In this document: positions 1 to 13,154 of the stretch, in pieces
Layout of the letters: each line of letters starts with the position of its first letter
How positions within the stretch are numbered: position 1 is the stretch's first letter
DNA from: Podarcis tiliguerta
Lineage: Eukaryota
Strand: one strand, 5' to 3'
Assembly: GCA_965153285.1 (NCBI GenBank)
Contig: OZ229110.1
DNA: 64,000 nucleotides
Notes under the pieces: generated by a model
What the model was told of the DNA's origin: nothing
Seen by the model: the letters and a program-made list of their open reading frames with translations, nothing else
Database searches by the model: none
Position numbers and translations under genes: made by a program

Positions 1-2079
1 TCGACAGAACTAAAGCTACTAACAAAATATATGCTTTCCCCCCTTTAATCTACCTTGAGTAGAATCCATTGTCCATCAATTGACAGCAGATTATGACAGT
101 CAGAACTGGCCAGAGCAGGATGTCTTCCTTTGCTTGATCCCTGTTTTTAAAATCCTTATAATTTGCTTATTATTGCATCTGTGGTAAGTCTGTTTGGACA
201 GCCCAGGTGCTTAACTCTACCAGGCAAATAGAGGAGTGAGACAGTACAGTAGACCCAAAGGCATCTAAATATTTTAGGGGAAATCCATGGGAAATGTGGG
301 CTTTTTACTTTTTCTGCAGAAGAAATTCATAAGGGGTGAGAAAGAAGCAAGTAGGGTGCCCTTAATTAATTTAGTAATGCAATTTTATAATAATACACAT
401 TCCATTTATATTCATTGTGTACACATAGCCATGTGTTTTGTGCTCTCTTGGGATTAAGCACCCGAGATACTGCAAAGTTCCCTCTCACATCAACAAGGAA
501 TGAGACTCTAATTCTCCTCTTCTATAGATTAAAACAGCATGTGCTATCTGTAAAACATAATAAAAGATGTATCACACCTTTCACAAATTAATTATTATTT
601 TAGACTTTGCCTGTTCACAGACAAATATTGGTATTATTACAATTACTACCTTGTGAACATAAAGCAGGGATAGTGGAACTTGGGGCATTCGAGCTTTAGT
701 TTATATATCTACAAGCAAACAAACATAAATGTATACATTATTATTTCCAATGGCTTCTGGTCAAGTAAATGCTGTCATTTGCTCAGCCAATCTCATTTTT
801 CTATTTTTATTTATATTTGAGCAAGCTGCATGCGACAAAAATATTTACACCATAATTTTCATAAAGGGGGAAAAGATATAATTAATTGACATTTGACCAT
901 TTGTTTCAAAATATTTGAGTTTTCCCAGAACTATAGAAAGTTTTAACATGACAGCTGAAAAGGAAAAGGGACAAGTAATCATCCATCAGACGCCGATAAT
1001 GCCAACACCAGAAGATAATTTGCATTATTTGTTCATGGAAATACCACAAAGAGCTTGTGCAGTCCACATCTCACTCTGTCCTGGGTGTTCCACTTCCAGA
1101 TTTCTAGTACATCATTGAACAATGCGACTGATTGAACAACGCTTCCTCCTTTATCGGGTTCACTATTTGCCATGGGAAGCAAGTATACACCTGTCTCCTC
1201 ATCCATTTACCTGGCATACCTGCTTACCTACATCTGCCTTTCCTGTGTTGACTAAATATTTGAATTGTTGGCATCCACCTATGTCAGAAGACAATGGAGG
1301 AGTGTGCCTTTAGGTGAAGCCACTCATTAGAGTTACAGCACCTTCTGTAGAGACAGACACAGGAGAGATGTGTTTTGTTTTGATTATGGCCTACACAGTG
1401 TTGGTTTTATTAAACAGAATTGTCCCCCTAGCACAAGGACATCCACCTACACAATGGGATGGCTTCCACCTCTCCCTGTGTGCCCCATGTGCCCCTCCAA
1501 GTCTTTCCTGTTGGGTTTTTATGGGTTCCCCCCAGCAGATGATTGTGCTCAGGAAGTGGAAAGAGAGAGGAAGTTCTGTTGCACAGGGAGGAGTCTTTGT
1601 GCTAATGGGGAAAGTTTGTTGAATACAACCTATATAGTTCAAGGCAAGTAGTTCAAAACTATGTAGTCAATTAGCATTTCCCCCTAGGAGATTGACCAAG
1701 TGATTTTGATGTGTATGCAGTGTATCATATGCACATCTGTTGTATTTGGAAATTACATCAGGGAGGGCTGGCACACATTCACTCTCATGCAATGGACTGG
1801 AGTGATATTCATCTGCTCATTCTCTAAGCCTTCATTTCAACATTTCATTTTTCTTCTCTTTTTGTTTTCTCTCATAACCAGCATATTTCATTCATATATA
1901 TTTATATTTATGCCTTCAGTTAAAATTCTGCAACTGGTTTATAGAAGAAGACAATGCAGAAAAAATAAAAGCATAAAAATTAAAATGCTAGAAAATATTG
2001 AAAGCCATGTAAAAAGCAATAGAACCAAGATGTCTTAAAGGCTATTTATTATATATGTTCAAAGGAAGTCAAAATTCTT

Positions 2080-2283
2080 AGGGCAATATCCAATAAAGCC
2101 AAAGTAGATTTATGGAATCAGTGGACTGACCGTGATTTCAATAAGTCTAACTCTGAGTGTGACTAACATAAGGTCCCCGTTTCCACAAACCAGTCCCCAT
2201 ACAAAATCCATTGAAGTTGAAAAGTGTCCCCGGATTCATTGAAAAAAATCTGGTAAGCTTAGATTAACACTGGATGTCATCCT
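2080..2283. mobile_element. Degenerate palindromic non-autonomous element (squamate hairpin repeat) interrupted by a MITE
   Basis: Ends AGGGCAATATCCA...TGGATGTCATCCT are roughly inverted. Internal AGTAGA.../...TCTAACTCTGAGT arms resemble the copy at 23197-23316. Confidence 0.5.
2169..2261. mobile_element. hAT-like MITE with most of the left TIR deleted
   Basis: 8-bp TSD GACTAACA (2161-2168) / GATTAACA (2262-2269). Termini TAAGGT...CTGGTAAGCTTA. Confidence 0.6.
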
Positions 2284-2648
2284 AAGCAATACAGCGAAAG
2301 AGAACCAAATACCTTCTCTTTGTGACTGTTAGCTGCTTTTCCTGAACCAGATGCGATGGAGATATCAATACTAGCTCTTTCTGGCTATTTGGGTATATTT
2401 TTCATGTTTTGGGCAAAGGCAAATCTGAGCTTAAACTCCATGTGGAAGCTACTTTCATTTAGCAAAAGAGGGTAGAAGCTGACAAAGGTTTTAATGAGAG
2501 AGATTGAGGATCTCTGGCTCTTTGTCACTCACTGTATGGCTTGTTGTGTTCTAATAACTTGGCAAGAAGTACCTGCCAAGTGGCAATGCTGAGTACTGGC
2601 TTCCCATTCACAGCAGTTATTTATTAGTCAGGGCCATTGGCTTGGATG

Positions 2649-2669
2649 CCCCTTGTCCATGGTACTGAA
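2649..2669 (-). promoter_or_regulatory. Candidate RE1/NRSE (REST site)
   Basis: Minus strand reads TTCAGTACCATGGACAAGGGG against consensus TTCAGCACC(A)(C/T)GGACAGCGCC. Both half sites are present with canonical 2-nt spacing, and the 3' end is degenerate. Confidence 0.35.
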
Positions 2670-5600
2670 ATTTAGGAGTTGTGTTTCAAGCTGTAATGAG
2701 TTGCTTTCTTCTCCTAATAAATATAGAAAAAGAGCTATGTGGGTAGTGTGCACCATCAGTATTGATTATAACCATGGATCTTCCATAACTCATATTTCAT
2801 GATTATTGGAGGGTCAAAGTAGACATGATACTGGGAGAGTTGTGATTTGATCTCCTGAGATTTTGGCCTTTTTAAAAAATATGGTTCTGAACAGTCATCT
2901 GGGAAGAGGGGAGATCAAATATATGCATCATTTCTCCAATGGCAGCTGGCCCACCCCTGTCCAGTGCTGATATTTGCTCCAGAGGGAAAACATAGCAACA
3001 TGTTTGGCAGAAGGCTTGGAGGATTTTTTTAAAAAAAGTATGTGCATGTGTGAATAAGTTTTTATTTAATTTTAAATCTAACAAATTATTCATCTTTTCT
3101 ATTTGGACTTTCTTTCCTTTTAATCTATCTATGCCTACCAAGATGGGGGGAAAGTGCAGCTATTAGGTTTGTAACATCTAGTCCTCCTGATCCCAATGCA
3201 GTGCAAATTGTCTAAAGCTAGCTATTACCACATAATCAAGGCAGGTGCCTTTGGCTTCTGCAAACAAGAAGACATGGTGTTCTTGTTATGCTCCTCCAGC
3301 AGCTCATGTATTTATCCCCTCTCTGAATGCTGTCCCTTAGTTCCACAGTCTGAATTTCTGTTGCATCCTGCTAAGTAGTAAATGACAGCGTACTATGTCA
3401 GTCAATGGTTTCCCTGTGTTAACCAATGAAAAGCAATTAGTCAACAGCTGTTCTGCAATTAAAAAGGAAACTGGCTGAAATCTATCACCGAAATCTCAGC
3501 AGGAAATGCTAGACCATGTAAAGTACATGTTCCAATCAGAGCTTTGGATAGATCTCACTGTGGAGTCGAATATTGACAGCAGTGAAGTGTTTAGGGACAT
3601 CCAGATCTTTTTTCGACACAACAGGTCAAAGTCTTGGAGCTCTCCCAGGAGTAAACTTACTTTAACGGGTTAAGGCATAAGAAGCTTCTAGGAGTACGCC
3701 TGTCACTTCCCTCCCATACATGATTTACTAAAGGTCTTGGGCTATAAGATCTTTATTTCTCTTTGTAGTCTGTTGACTTTCTCAGACATCCGAAGCATTC
3801 TAGTCGGTGTTTCAGTTTGTGCCAATAATGCCAAACAGCTAGCTTCCTACCTCTGTTGCTCTCATGAAAAGGTCAATAAAAACTGCACCAAAATGCTGCA
3901 TAACACTGGGCAATGGAAATTTTGCATGCAATCTTTAAAACAGAATGGAAAGGGGTTGGGTTGGAATGAATAGATGGACCTGTGGGTGGAGTATGGAGGC
4001 TTTACTCCCTTGCACTCTCAACACAACCAGCTGAATTCCTTCAGGCTTCCCACACAGCTGGGATCTTGCAGTCCACACTTTTAATTCTCATGAATGTTTG
4101 CATTTAATGATGCATGGTTAGTGTTTAAATTATAATGTCAACATTTTTCATTGTTACATTTGTTTCATGGAACTAAAGAAAGCATATATATGATTTCCCA
4201 GTTATCTCCCAGCCAGGCACTGTTCAGGCCTAGACTGGCTGAGCTTCAACAAGGTAGCTGCAGTATGTGCCTTTTGTCCGTGCCTGGGGCTTAATCCTTC
4301 TGACCTGGATTGTCTTCCACCCACTTTAATCTCTTGTATAGTGGCTGGCAATGGTCCTTCTATGCTGTATGAAAAGAGTCTGCCTTATAGCAAATTTGTA
4401 AAGGCACAGAAAGACAGTTTCTACCTAAGACATGGCATAGAATAAGAGTTTCAGCACCACACAACAGCTTTTAAAATGGATTTTGGGAGTAGGATAAGCC
4501 TAGCTTGCAGTTTAAAAATGAGTTAGTTCCTCTTTTCTAGCTGTGAAAGTAACCTTAGTCTTAAACCTTTTGTGGCTTAAGTAGATTCTATTTTATAGTA
4601 AGCACGTGTGTCTTCAGCAGCTGTGTGATTGGCAGAAAACCAGCAAGTGAACATTTGCTGCTTCTCTGTTAAGCAAAACCAAACCTGTTGAATTTCCACA
4701 TGGCATACAACTCCTTCTGGCACAGAACCCCTATTAAAATGAGGATATATAATGTCTCTTTAGAACCAAAAAGTGATTGCAGAGACTGAGAGTTGTCCAC
4801 CTTTCATAAAAGGTTTCTCTGCCAAGAGATGTTTGTGAAAATCCTGATTCATGTTCCATGGTTGAGCCTTGGTGCTGGAAACAGTCTTCAGGACTCAGAT
4901 GTAGCTAAATTTGAGACCACCTTTAATTTCAATTGAAGCTTTAGAATACAGAGTATAGCACTTTGTTGAGCTATTTGCTGAAAAAGGTGATCTAATGTTT
5001 CTAAGTACAATGGACATCACAGGTCAGGATTTCAGCACAATCAACCAAATAAGCAAATGACCTGAAGCCAAAGCCTTATTTAATGCATGGCAACTTTCTG
5101 GAGGTGAACATTTCCTGAATCATATAATAGTTGAGTGATGAGTATTGCATTATAAATGGAGAATAAATTGAAAGGAGGGGACTTCAAAGGGTTTTCTAGC
5201 CCTGCTCAACCTCTTGCCCAAAGGCAGTGATAGTATAATATATCATTTAAGCATGATCATAAATAGCAAACTGGGAAATCTCAACTGTGTTGAGAAAGCA
5301 TCTAGGTAAACATCTTTACACTCTCTCGCTTTTAAAAAGCCAGTAGGTTTTTAAAAGTGAATCTCACTAAAGCCTCACTCTGAAATTCAATATTTTGTTT
5401 ATGGTTAATCATGTTCAGAAACATGGATATTTGAGTTCTTGAGGATTACTACGTACTAAGGAGATCATCTTGCCATTTTTAATTTTCATTCCTTCTTAAA
5501 TGGGGTGGAATCACAAAATTGTTGTTGCTTTTTGTAACTCAGCACATAGAGGTTTCTCCTATACTATTCTGTACCCAGAAAGATAATTGGCTTCAAATCG

Positions 5601-5859
5601 ACAGCTGTCCTAAGAAGTACTATATCCCAGGTTTCCTGTAGCACACACTGGCCTTTATGAAATGTGTTCATAAATGAATACATTTATGACTTTTTTAATC
5701 AAGTTCTTTGGACATTTTACAAACACAAAACCACTTAAGGACAAAACACAAACAAGAATAAGCTTTAAAACAATACCTGTGCTATCAATATAAAAATAAC
5801 CACAGATCTGCATCATGAAATTAATATATACTCAGTCCAAAACCAGGAATATGGATGAC

Positions 5860-6080
5860 CATAAAATAGGCACTGGTGATCCTCTTTGAGGAGGGCATTC
5901 CATAACCAGGGCACCACCACAAAAATGTCTTGTCCCTAATGGCTGCTTGTCTCACTCCATTAGATGACGGGCTGCTGATGTAGTTCTTCAGAATTGGGCT
6001 GGTCCTTCAAGTTACCTAACCCCAAGCTATTTAGGACTTTGAAGGATAGTACCAGCCAGACTGGGAGCTGTGCTGTGCAA
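5860..6080 (-). mobile_element. L2-type LINE ORF2 C-terminal remnant
   Basis: Minus translation LPVWLVLSFKVLNSLGLGNLKD resembles the L2 pattern LPV..FKVLVLTFKALNGLGPGYLKD. An AT-rich 3' UTR-like sequence lies to the left. Confidence 0.55.
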
Positions 6081-8720
6081 GGGTGGGCATTGTTTGACAC
6101 TTTACAAGGCCCACTCCCCTGCAGGGCCCCCAGTGCTATGCTCTGGAAGTTCCTGGTCCAGCTAATCACCCTTAAATGGTGGGCTGATGGGGAAGGCCAC
6201 GGGTCTTAAAACATTGTAACATATAAGAAGAAATGCGCAGGCTTCTTAGTGTGGTAACATACCTCTGCCAAAGAGGCAGGTAATTCTGACAGGCAAAGGC
6301 ACTGTCCTTTGCCCAGCCTCTTAGGTGTGAGTATTCAGTTATTGTATCTCCACATACGCCAGTCCTTCAACTTTCCAACATGAGAATTTAATTCCATCTT
6401 TGCAAATGTCACCCAGTGCCTGCGTTATTATTCCTTGTATTGACACTTCCCTTCTGAAATTTATGACATGAAGACAGAATTCAGTCGTGTGGAAGAAATT
6501 ATCTTTTATCTTTGAATAACAAAGAAGTGACTGCTCATTTGTGTCATCTCTCCTCCACTTTCTCCTCTATCTATCTTTTGCTTACTCATTGTACCACTAC
6601 AGTATAGCTTGCTTCTTTGGCATTTATTTTCAAAAGTTGACGTAGTCACTCTGAACATTTCCTGAACACTGTGGTTCTTTCTGAAATTCACCCACACCTA
6701 TTACAATGCCTTGAGGTAAACCAATGTGAAGTGCAAGTTTAAAAAGGGAAGAACATTTTAAATTAGTAATATTTTCCTTTTTTCTTTCTTTCAGAAAGTG
6801 GGGGAAGGGGACATAACTGATGTATTTATAGATCTTGAGGGAAATATGTGAGTCATTGACTTGAAACTCTGAAATCTAGTTTTAATTTCTGAAATGTTAA
6901 CTCCCTGATAACACTGAAGAAGTCACTGATAACCCAGACTTCAAGGGGTCCTTAGGGTGCAAAACTTGATATAGCAAACTGTGTTTATGATGTAGAATGT
7001 AAGGTCCCATGCTTTGTGCCATTTTATATAAATGGTGCTTTCTGTATTTATCAAGGATTAGGTTATAATGTGATAAGTTTGCCATCACTGTTGGATGTTG
7101 TATCCAAGGCCTCGGAGTGTGCATTTGTTCTGGAGTAAATGAGAAGTTGAACAAAATAGACCCAATCAGTTACATTTTTATTTATTTTTAAATGAACATG
7201 TAAAGGAATGATTGGGCACAAATGCACACTATTCATGGCTATTTGTGGCTTTCAGTTGCATCTCCAGTGCTGACAAGAGAGTTGGTATATGGGAGCAGAC
7301 ATTTGTGACTGCTGCTGGTGACCATTTTGTTTTCCCCACAATTCCCAGGTGTATTCTGAGGCATTGGGGAAGGGGGATCTATGGAAGCCTTCACGATTTA
7401 CCTTCGAGAATGTAATTAAATCAGGATGTTCTAGGGAAAACAAAATAGTGACCACCATAAGTGGCTGCTGCTGCTGGCCTGCTCTGCTGCAGCCTTGTGG
7501 CACCAACAGAAAAGTTTTATTAAAAAGTTTATGTATATATTTACATGTATATATTTACCAGAGAAGTGTCTTAGCTTTTAGCAAAGTGGAGTGATTTATA
7601 GCATCATCAGTGTCAGCGCCATTGCTTTCAAATACTGGAAATAAAGAGGCAGGACACAAGGTGTGGGGTATAAGTACGGCTGCTTTACTAAACCACAGTA
7701 TTAAGAACTAATGAACTGCATGGAGGGGATTATGTGTGGGAAATACTCAGTTCCCTGTCAGGCTCATAAGCCTGCCGTGGTAGGATGAACCTACTCTGCA
7801 GGAGTGAAAAGGTGGTGTTAACTCCCATCTCTTTCCCTCTGCCACAACCCTTCCTGGGGAAGAGGGAGGCCTTCTTAATTCACACCCTCTTTGTGCCCCA
7901 CAACTCAAAGTGAGTGGCATTGGTTAACCTCCAAAGTGATCCACACACTGCCTTATGGGTCACAGAGCCTTTTGTGGAATCACTGTTCACTTGAAAGATG
8001 CCTCAGGGTACTCATCAGTTGTTTCAACCTCTTTCCTTTCCCTCACACTGCTGCCAAGTAACCAAATTAAACCAATCAACCTAATTATCCACCTTCCACC
8101 TCTAACAGCACCTTCCCAGCACTGCAATTTGCTTCAGTCTTAAGGAAGACTCGGTGTGAACAGTCCATGATATTGAGTTGTACAAGCAGTTCCTTGACAT
8201 GTAATTCTAGCATGTATTGAAGCCTTCACTTGAGAACATACACGAAAGCAGTCTCAGAAAAAGCAGGTTTAGGAAGTAGAGGACAGTTGAGTCTTGACAT
8301 ATTCCCATGAAGACCCAACTAGTTAATAAAAGTCAGGAAACAAATTTTAAGGTCAAATAAACATGATACTATATTTTCATTATGAAACCAAGTACAATGA
8401 GATAAATAATCAAATAGCAGACAGTGACCGGTGAAAAGTAATTTCAGGTTTTAATACTCTTTCCATTTTAATAATGTAATGTTATGGTAGTAGCAGAAGG
8501 TAATTTTCAAAATATGAAGTTTTATCTTGGACATGTCTTATAGCTTCATGGGTTTTATGGATTGAAAATGGGTAATAAAATATTGTATTACAAAAAAAAA
8601 GTGTCATAAGCAAACTCTGTCCCATCATGAGCTATGCATGCAAAAGGGCATTACTGTTCCCACAGCAATCTGCAGGACTAAGCAAAAGAGCTTGAGGGCT
8701 TGACAGCAGGTTGGTTACCA

Positions 8721-9061
8721 CAGAACCTCCAAGTGTCCCTATTTTCCAGGGATGTCCCTGATTTAGAGAAGCCATCCCAGTATCTGATTTGATCCCAGAA
8801 TGTCCCACTTTTCTTAAGATCTTCCTATTTTCACTGCAGAAATGTTGGAGGGTATGTAGTTATCCAACCCCCAACCGTCTGAAGGCAATCCTATATAGGA
8901 AAGGTTTTTTAATGTTTAATGTTTTATTACATTTTTATATATGTTGGAAGCTGCCCAGAGTGGCAGGGGCAACCCAGTAAGATGTGTGGGGTATAAATAG
9001 TAAAATTATCACTATGGAATGGGACATCCCTATTTTCATTGGAGAAATGTTGGAGGGTATG
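8721..9061. mobile_element. Composite non-autonomous element with a duplicated right end enclosing a LINE-like 3' tail
   Basis: Left end CAGAACCTCCAA is inverted relative to right end TTGGAGGGTATG. The 33-bp right end occurs twice (8824-8856 and 9029-9061, 2 mismatches). Between them is a GGAAGCTGCCCAGAGTGG...GGGGTATAAATA retroposon-type tail. Flanks TTACCA/CTACCA. Confidence 0.7.
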
Positions 9062-10302
9062 CTACCAATGAAATCGGCACACAGTCATGCACACCCTATA
9101 GCCCGAAGGAGAACTCTTGCAAAGGAAAGAAATAACACCCCTTGGTACTTTGGGAAAAAATTATACTAGCAATTAAAATAAATGATTACATTTTGAGCAA
9201 ACAGCTTGCTTCTTCTTGTCATGGAGAAAGAGAATTGTCAATATTCAGACAGGGATTAGAGCAGAATAAACTGTGTGTATTGTTATTTTGTGGAGTGAGA
9301 TCCCTCGCGAATGAAAAGTCTTTACTATTATTAAAGTAGGCAATATTTCCAACTCATTGTTATGATGATGATGACTAATCAGCATGCTGTAAACACGAAA
9401 GGGAGACACCTCAGTAAAGAACAGGAAATGTCATTGTGAACATATTTTCAGGCTTGATATTTTTGATATTCTTTTTAAAGGGCAGGGATTTTTATGCTGT
9501 ATGTGCTTTGGGAGAGCACAGGCAGAATCTACATATTGGTTGCCAGTTATTGCTTGCAAAGCCCAGCTTCCTCGTTTTCAGCCCCACAGATAAACGTCTC
9601 CCTTTCTCATCTGCTGTCTGGGGAAAGTTTTGTTTTTCAGGGGGGAGGAGCAGTTGTGTGCAGAAATCCTCCTGTCTGACTCATGACACTAGTGCTGTAT
9701 CCCAGTACAATATGCATCCTCCTGGTGGCGTATCTCCCTTTGTTGCCAAGGTCTTGTAAACATTTCTGGGCTGGTTGCCACAATTTCGTTCCTGGTTGCC
9801 GTTTAAAGGGATATCTAGAGATCTCTGAGGATAAACTTACTGGTGTTATAACACAACTGGCAAATCACAAGGGGGGGTGGAAAGTTGCTGAAGAAGGAGA
9901 AAGTTCTATACAGCCTAAAATAAAATAAAAATAAAATCCAGAAACTGATCATAGTGACAAGTCATGAGAAAATGTCCTCTTGTCAACATACCCTCAACAA
10001 TTCAATTTCTCTTCCATCATCAGACAACTCTTTGCTGTTTCCCCACTTTGTGTACTTGTAATTGATTTCCATACAAATAACTGATATGATGAAGAAGGCA
10101 CATTTAACAGTCAAGTATCCAATAGGAGTTTGAAATGAAAGTTCACATGTTGCTGAACATTCTGTTTTCTGTTGTATTATTAGTTGCAATGACATAGGGA
10201 GGCTGTGATGGGAAACTTAGCAGGAGCTTTCTAATAGCTGTAAGTAGATTTAACAAAATATTCTTGAAGCAGAAAAGGGAGGATATTACTAGAAATGCAA
10301 AG

Positions 10303-10388
10303 CACACTCCTATGTGTGCCTATTAAGAAGTAAATCCCGTTGCATACTAGGGCCTTACTACGAGCTAAGTGCATATAGAATTACAGTC
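10303..10388. mobile_element. Short degenerate palindromic repeat (TCCTATG...AAGTAA...TTACT...CATATAGAATT family)
   Basis: Imperfect self-complementary arms. Related decayed copies near 22610, 28200 and 48600. Confidence 0.4.
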
Positions 10389-13154
10389 TCATTCCCTCTT
10401 CCAAACTTCATTTCCCTTGGGAGAGCAGATTTTTTATTTCAAAGCATTTCAACTCGAAATCTTAGGATGATCCTGTATAAAATACTTTAAGGTTTGAATA
10501 AAGGATGTGCAGCAATTCCTACATGCTTTTTGCATCATTATGCCACCCTGGTCCTTGCATTGCATCTTCTACCTTGACATTGTAATGAACAATTGCATGT
10601 TATTTTTGGCTGGTGACAAATCATGGTGGGTAACAGCAGCTTCCCCCCCCCTTGTTTTTCTTTTAAGCACCAAATGGAGCCTCAGCTATTTTAGTGAACA
10701 TTTTTAAATTTTAGAAAATAGAAATATCTTTTAAAAATGTGTTTCCTGAAATCCCTGATTTTTGTGGCAAGCAAGCAAATTACCAAAATATCAACACATC
10801 TCTCTCTTTTTGCTGTATTTCCATTACGGCTGTGGCTTGATATTTTTGTCAGGCATAAAGCCTTGCAAAAATCTACCTTTGCTAAGGACTGTATTTTTGA
10901 CCATATCTTTCTGATTCACAATTGGTCTATAATAGTGAGCTTACAATGGCAAAGGCCTCCTTACCCTTTCCTATAATAATTTCAAGTCATGCAAGGCGGA
11001 TGCTTGACTCTTTCCCCATTATTGAGAATGGGAAGAAATGAAGCATAATAATAAGCACAGCAAATAATGTATCCCTTGGAAATTCCCTTCTTTTCCTTGG
11101 GTGACTGCTGGAGTACTTCTCAAATGGAGACATTAATTTATTGCTGTAAGCTACATGATGCCATCTAAAACAGGAGGTTAGAGTTCAAGTTCTTTCCTAT
11201 TTCCAGGGAAATGCAATTAAGAGTCTATCACAAACTAGACAGACCAAGGGAGACAACAGAGCCACCTGCTGTGGCAGATTATGTGCCCTCTATTGAAGAG
11301 TGAGATGGTGACAGCAGCATTCAGCATCACCTGCGAAGGGAAGGAGGAGGACTGAAGGCATCCAGCAGAGCTGGCTTGCTGAACTTTTACACCAAAAAAT
11401 GTATGGCAACAGCGTGCATTAAATCACACTTCAGTGCAGCCTAGGCTTGCATCAAAGGAGCTGATTCCCTTTCTATGCAAAAATGCAGAAACTGAAAGGA
11501 GGAAAAATGCAGATGTCCTTACATTATCCATTAACCTTCTAAATACTACAGAAAAGCCGATTTAAAGAAAACAATAGACTTGGCTGCACAAAATGAGATC
11601 GGGAGAGGGCAGGAAACCTTATCTTAGAGGGACAATGGAAAAGATTAGGGGTAGAGGACATTTTAGGTGACCAATTTCAGGTAGGTATAGATGTCATGTG
11701 AGAGGCGTCTGGGACTAGACATGCATGGCTGTGAAAAAGAAAATAGCCATTCTCTGTCTTTTGTTTCCTTTCCCCCTCCTAAGACCCCACTAAACATGGC
11801 ATAGCATCTAACTCAAGAGTTTCCCCTCCATGTCTCTGGTGGCCACTTACAGGGTCGAGGAAACTCAAGAACGTTGCCCAAGAAGGGGAGATTGGCAACC
11901 AACTGGTAATTTTTCAAATCGAGGGAAGGCTTCTTATGAGCAGTTTTACCACTATCTCCTTCAAGCAGGCAGGGTCCACCCCCTCTCACAAGGTGGCATT
12001 GATCACCTCTCTGGCCTAGCCAGCTCTCCCCTCCCTGCTAGTTTTGATCAGCCAAGAGGGGCAAGGGTCCAGAACGCAAGTGGTCATCCTGACATATCCA
12101 AGCAGCTTGTCCACGTCCTTGAGCCTTACTAATCCAACACAAGAGGAGGAGAAATTGTACACTCTACACTTCTTGAGATACATTTGCTGTAATAGTGGAA
12201 TCAAGGTCCCAGCGGACGCAAGCAATTTTATCCTCAAAATGCTTTGTAAACAAGTCACACCTAACTACCATTGGTTCTACCACATGCTTTTATTATTTTT
12301 TTAAAAAAACAATTTAATGGGGTGTTTCAAGCCTACGGTCTTGCTGAATATTTCAATCAACTATTATACAAGGGGGCAATTTCCTCAAGAACGGGTCAGG
12401 ATAGTGATTCTGTGTTATTTACGACTTTGGGCCGTAATTTCAGCGGATATGCTGCTTTACATTTCTGTAATAAATATTTTGCTTCTTTTTAAAAAACTTC
12501 TAGCACTTTTTGTGGTTTATCAGGTGTAAGTCTGTCTCTCTTTTGTTTTTAAAAGTGACTCGGATAGGACTGGCTTAGTGTGGGTATGAAATGTGTCACA
12601 CTGCATTAGCCTCTGCGGAAAGTGACACCGCAGAATTGCATAGGGATAGTTACTCAGTGACTTGCATGTCGTGTTTGCCTGGCTAACTTGTCAAAGCTAG
12701 TTTTCACTACCCTTTGCCCTGCAGCACCAACCTAGCCCCTGAAAAGTAGGTGTTCACCATCAGCTTTTTGCCTCAGACAGCATTGTCAAAAGATGGGCAA
12801 CCTGGTGGAAGAGAGGAAAGGCAAGTGGGCTTGTGTAGTAGCAGCTCATCTCTGGGTTCTGATGAGCCAACAGATAGGCCCTTCTGTTTGCATAAATTAG
12901 GGGTACACTCGTGCATTGATTATTGGGAGGGAGTTGAATACTGTGCTTCCGCCACATGTAATCTATATATATTCTGATGCATATGCAGCGGGCATTAGGC
13001 CACCCTGACTTCCAAATCGGCTATGTGACATGAAGGAGTGACTGTGGAACCAGCATGGCTAGGACAGTTTTAATGGGCATTTTCCTGCTAAGGATGTTTG
13101 GCAGCCCCTGTATGATTAGACAAAGGGTTAATCTAATCCAGTATTATTGTGCTA

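Noticed and set aside
6772-6794. Strong polypyrimidine-CAG acceptor, with another at about 22095-22113
   Set aside because: No matching donor or BRSK-like reading frame follows. Decoy acceptors are common in long introns.
12449-12529. Hydrophobic ORF MLLYISVINILLLFKKLLALFVVYQV as a signal-peptide first exon for BRSK2
   Set aside because: The available donors give phase 0 (CAG|GTGTAA, weak) or phase 2 (GT|GTAAGT), but the exon at 49041 needs phase 1. The hydrophobicity is explained by T-richness.
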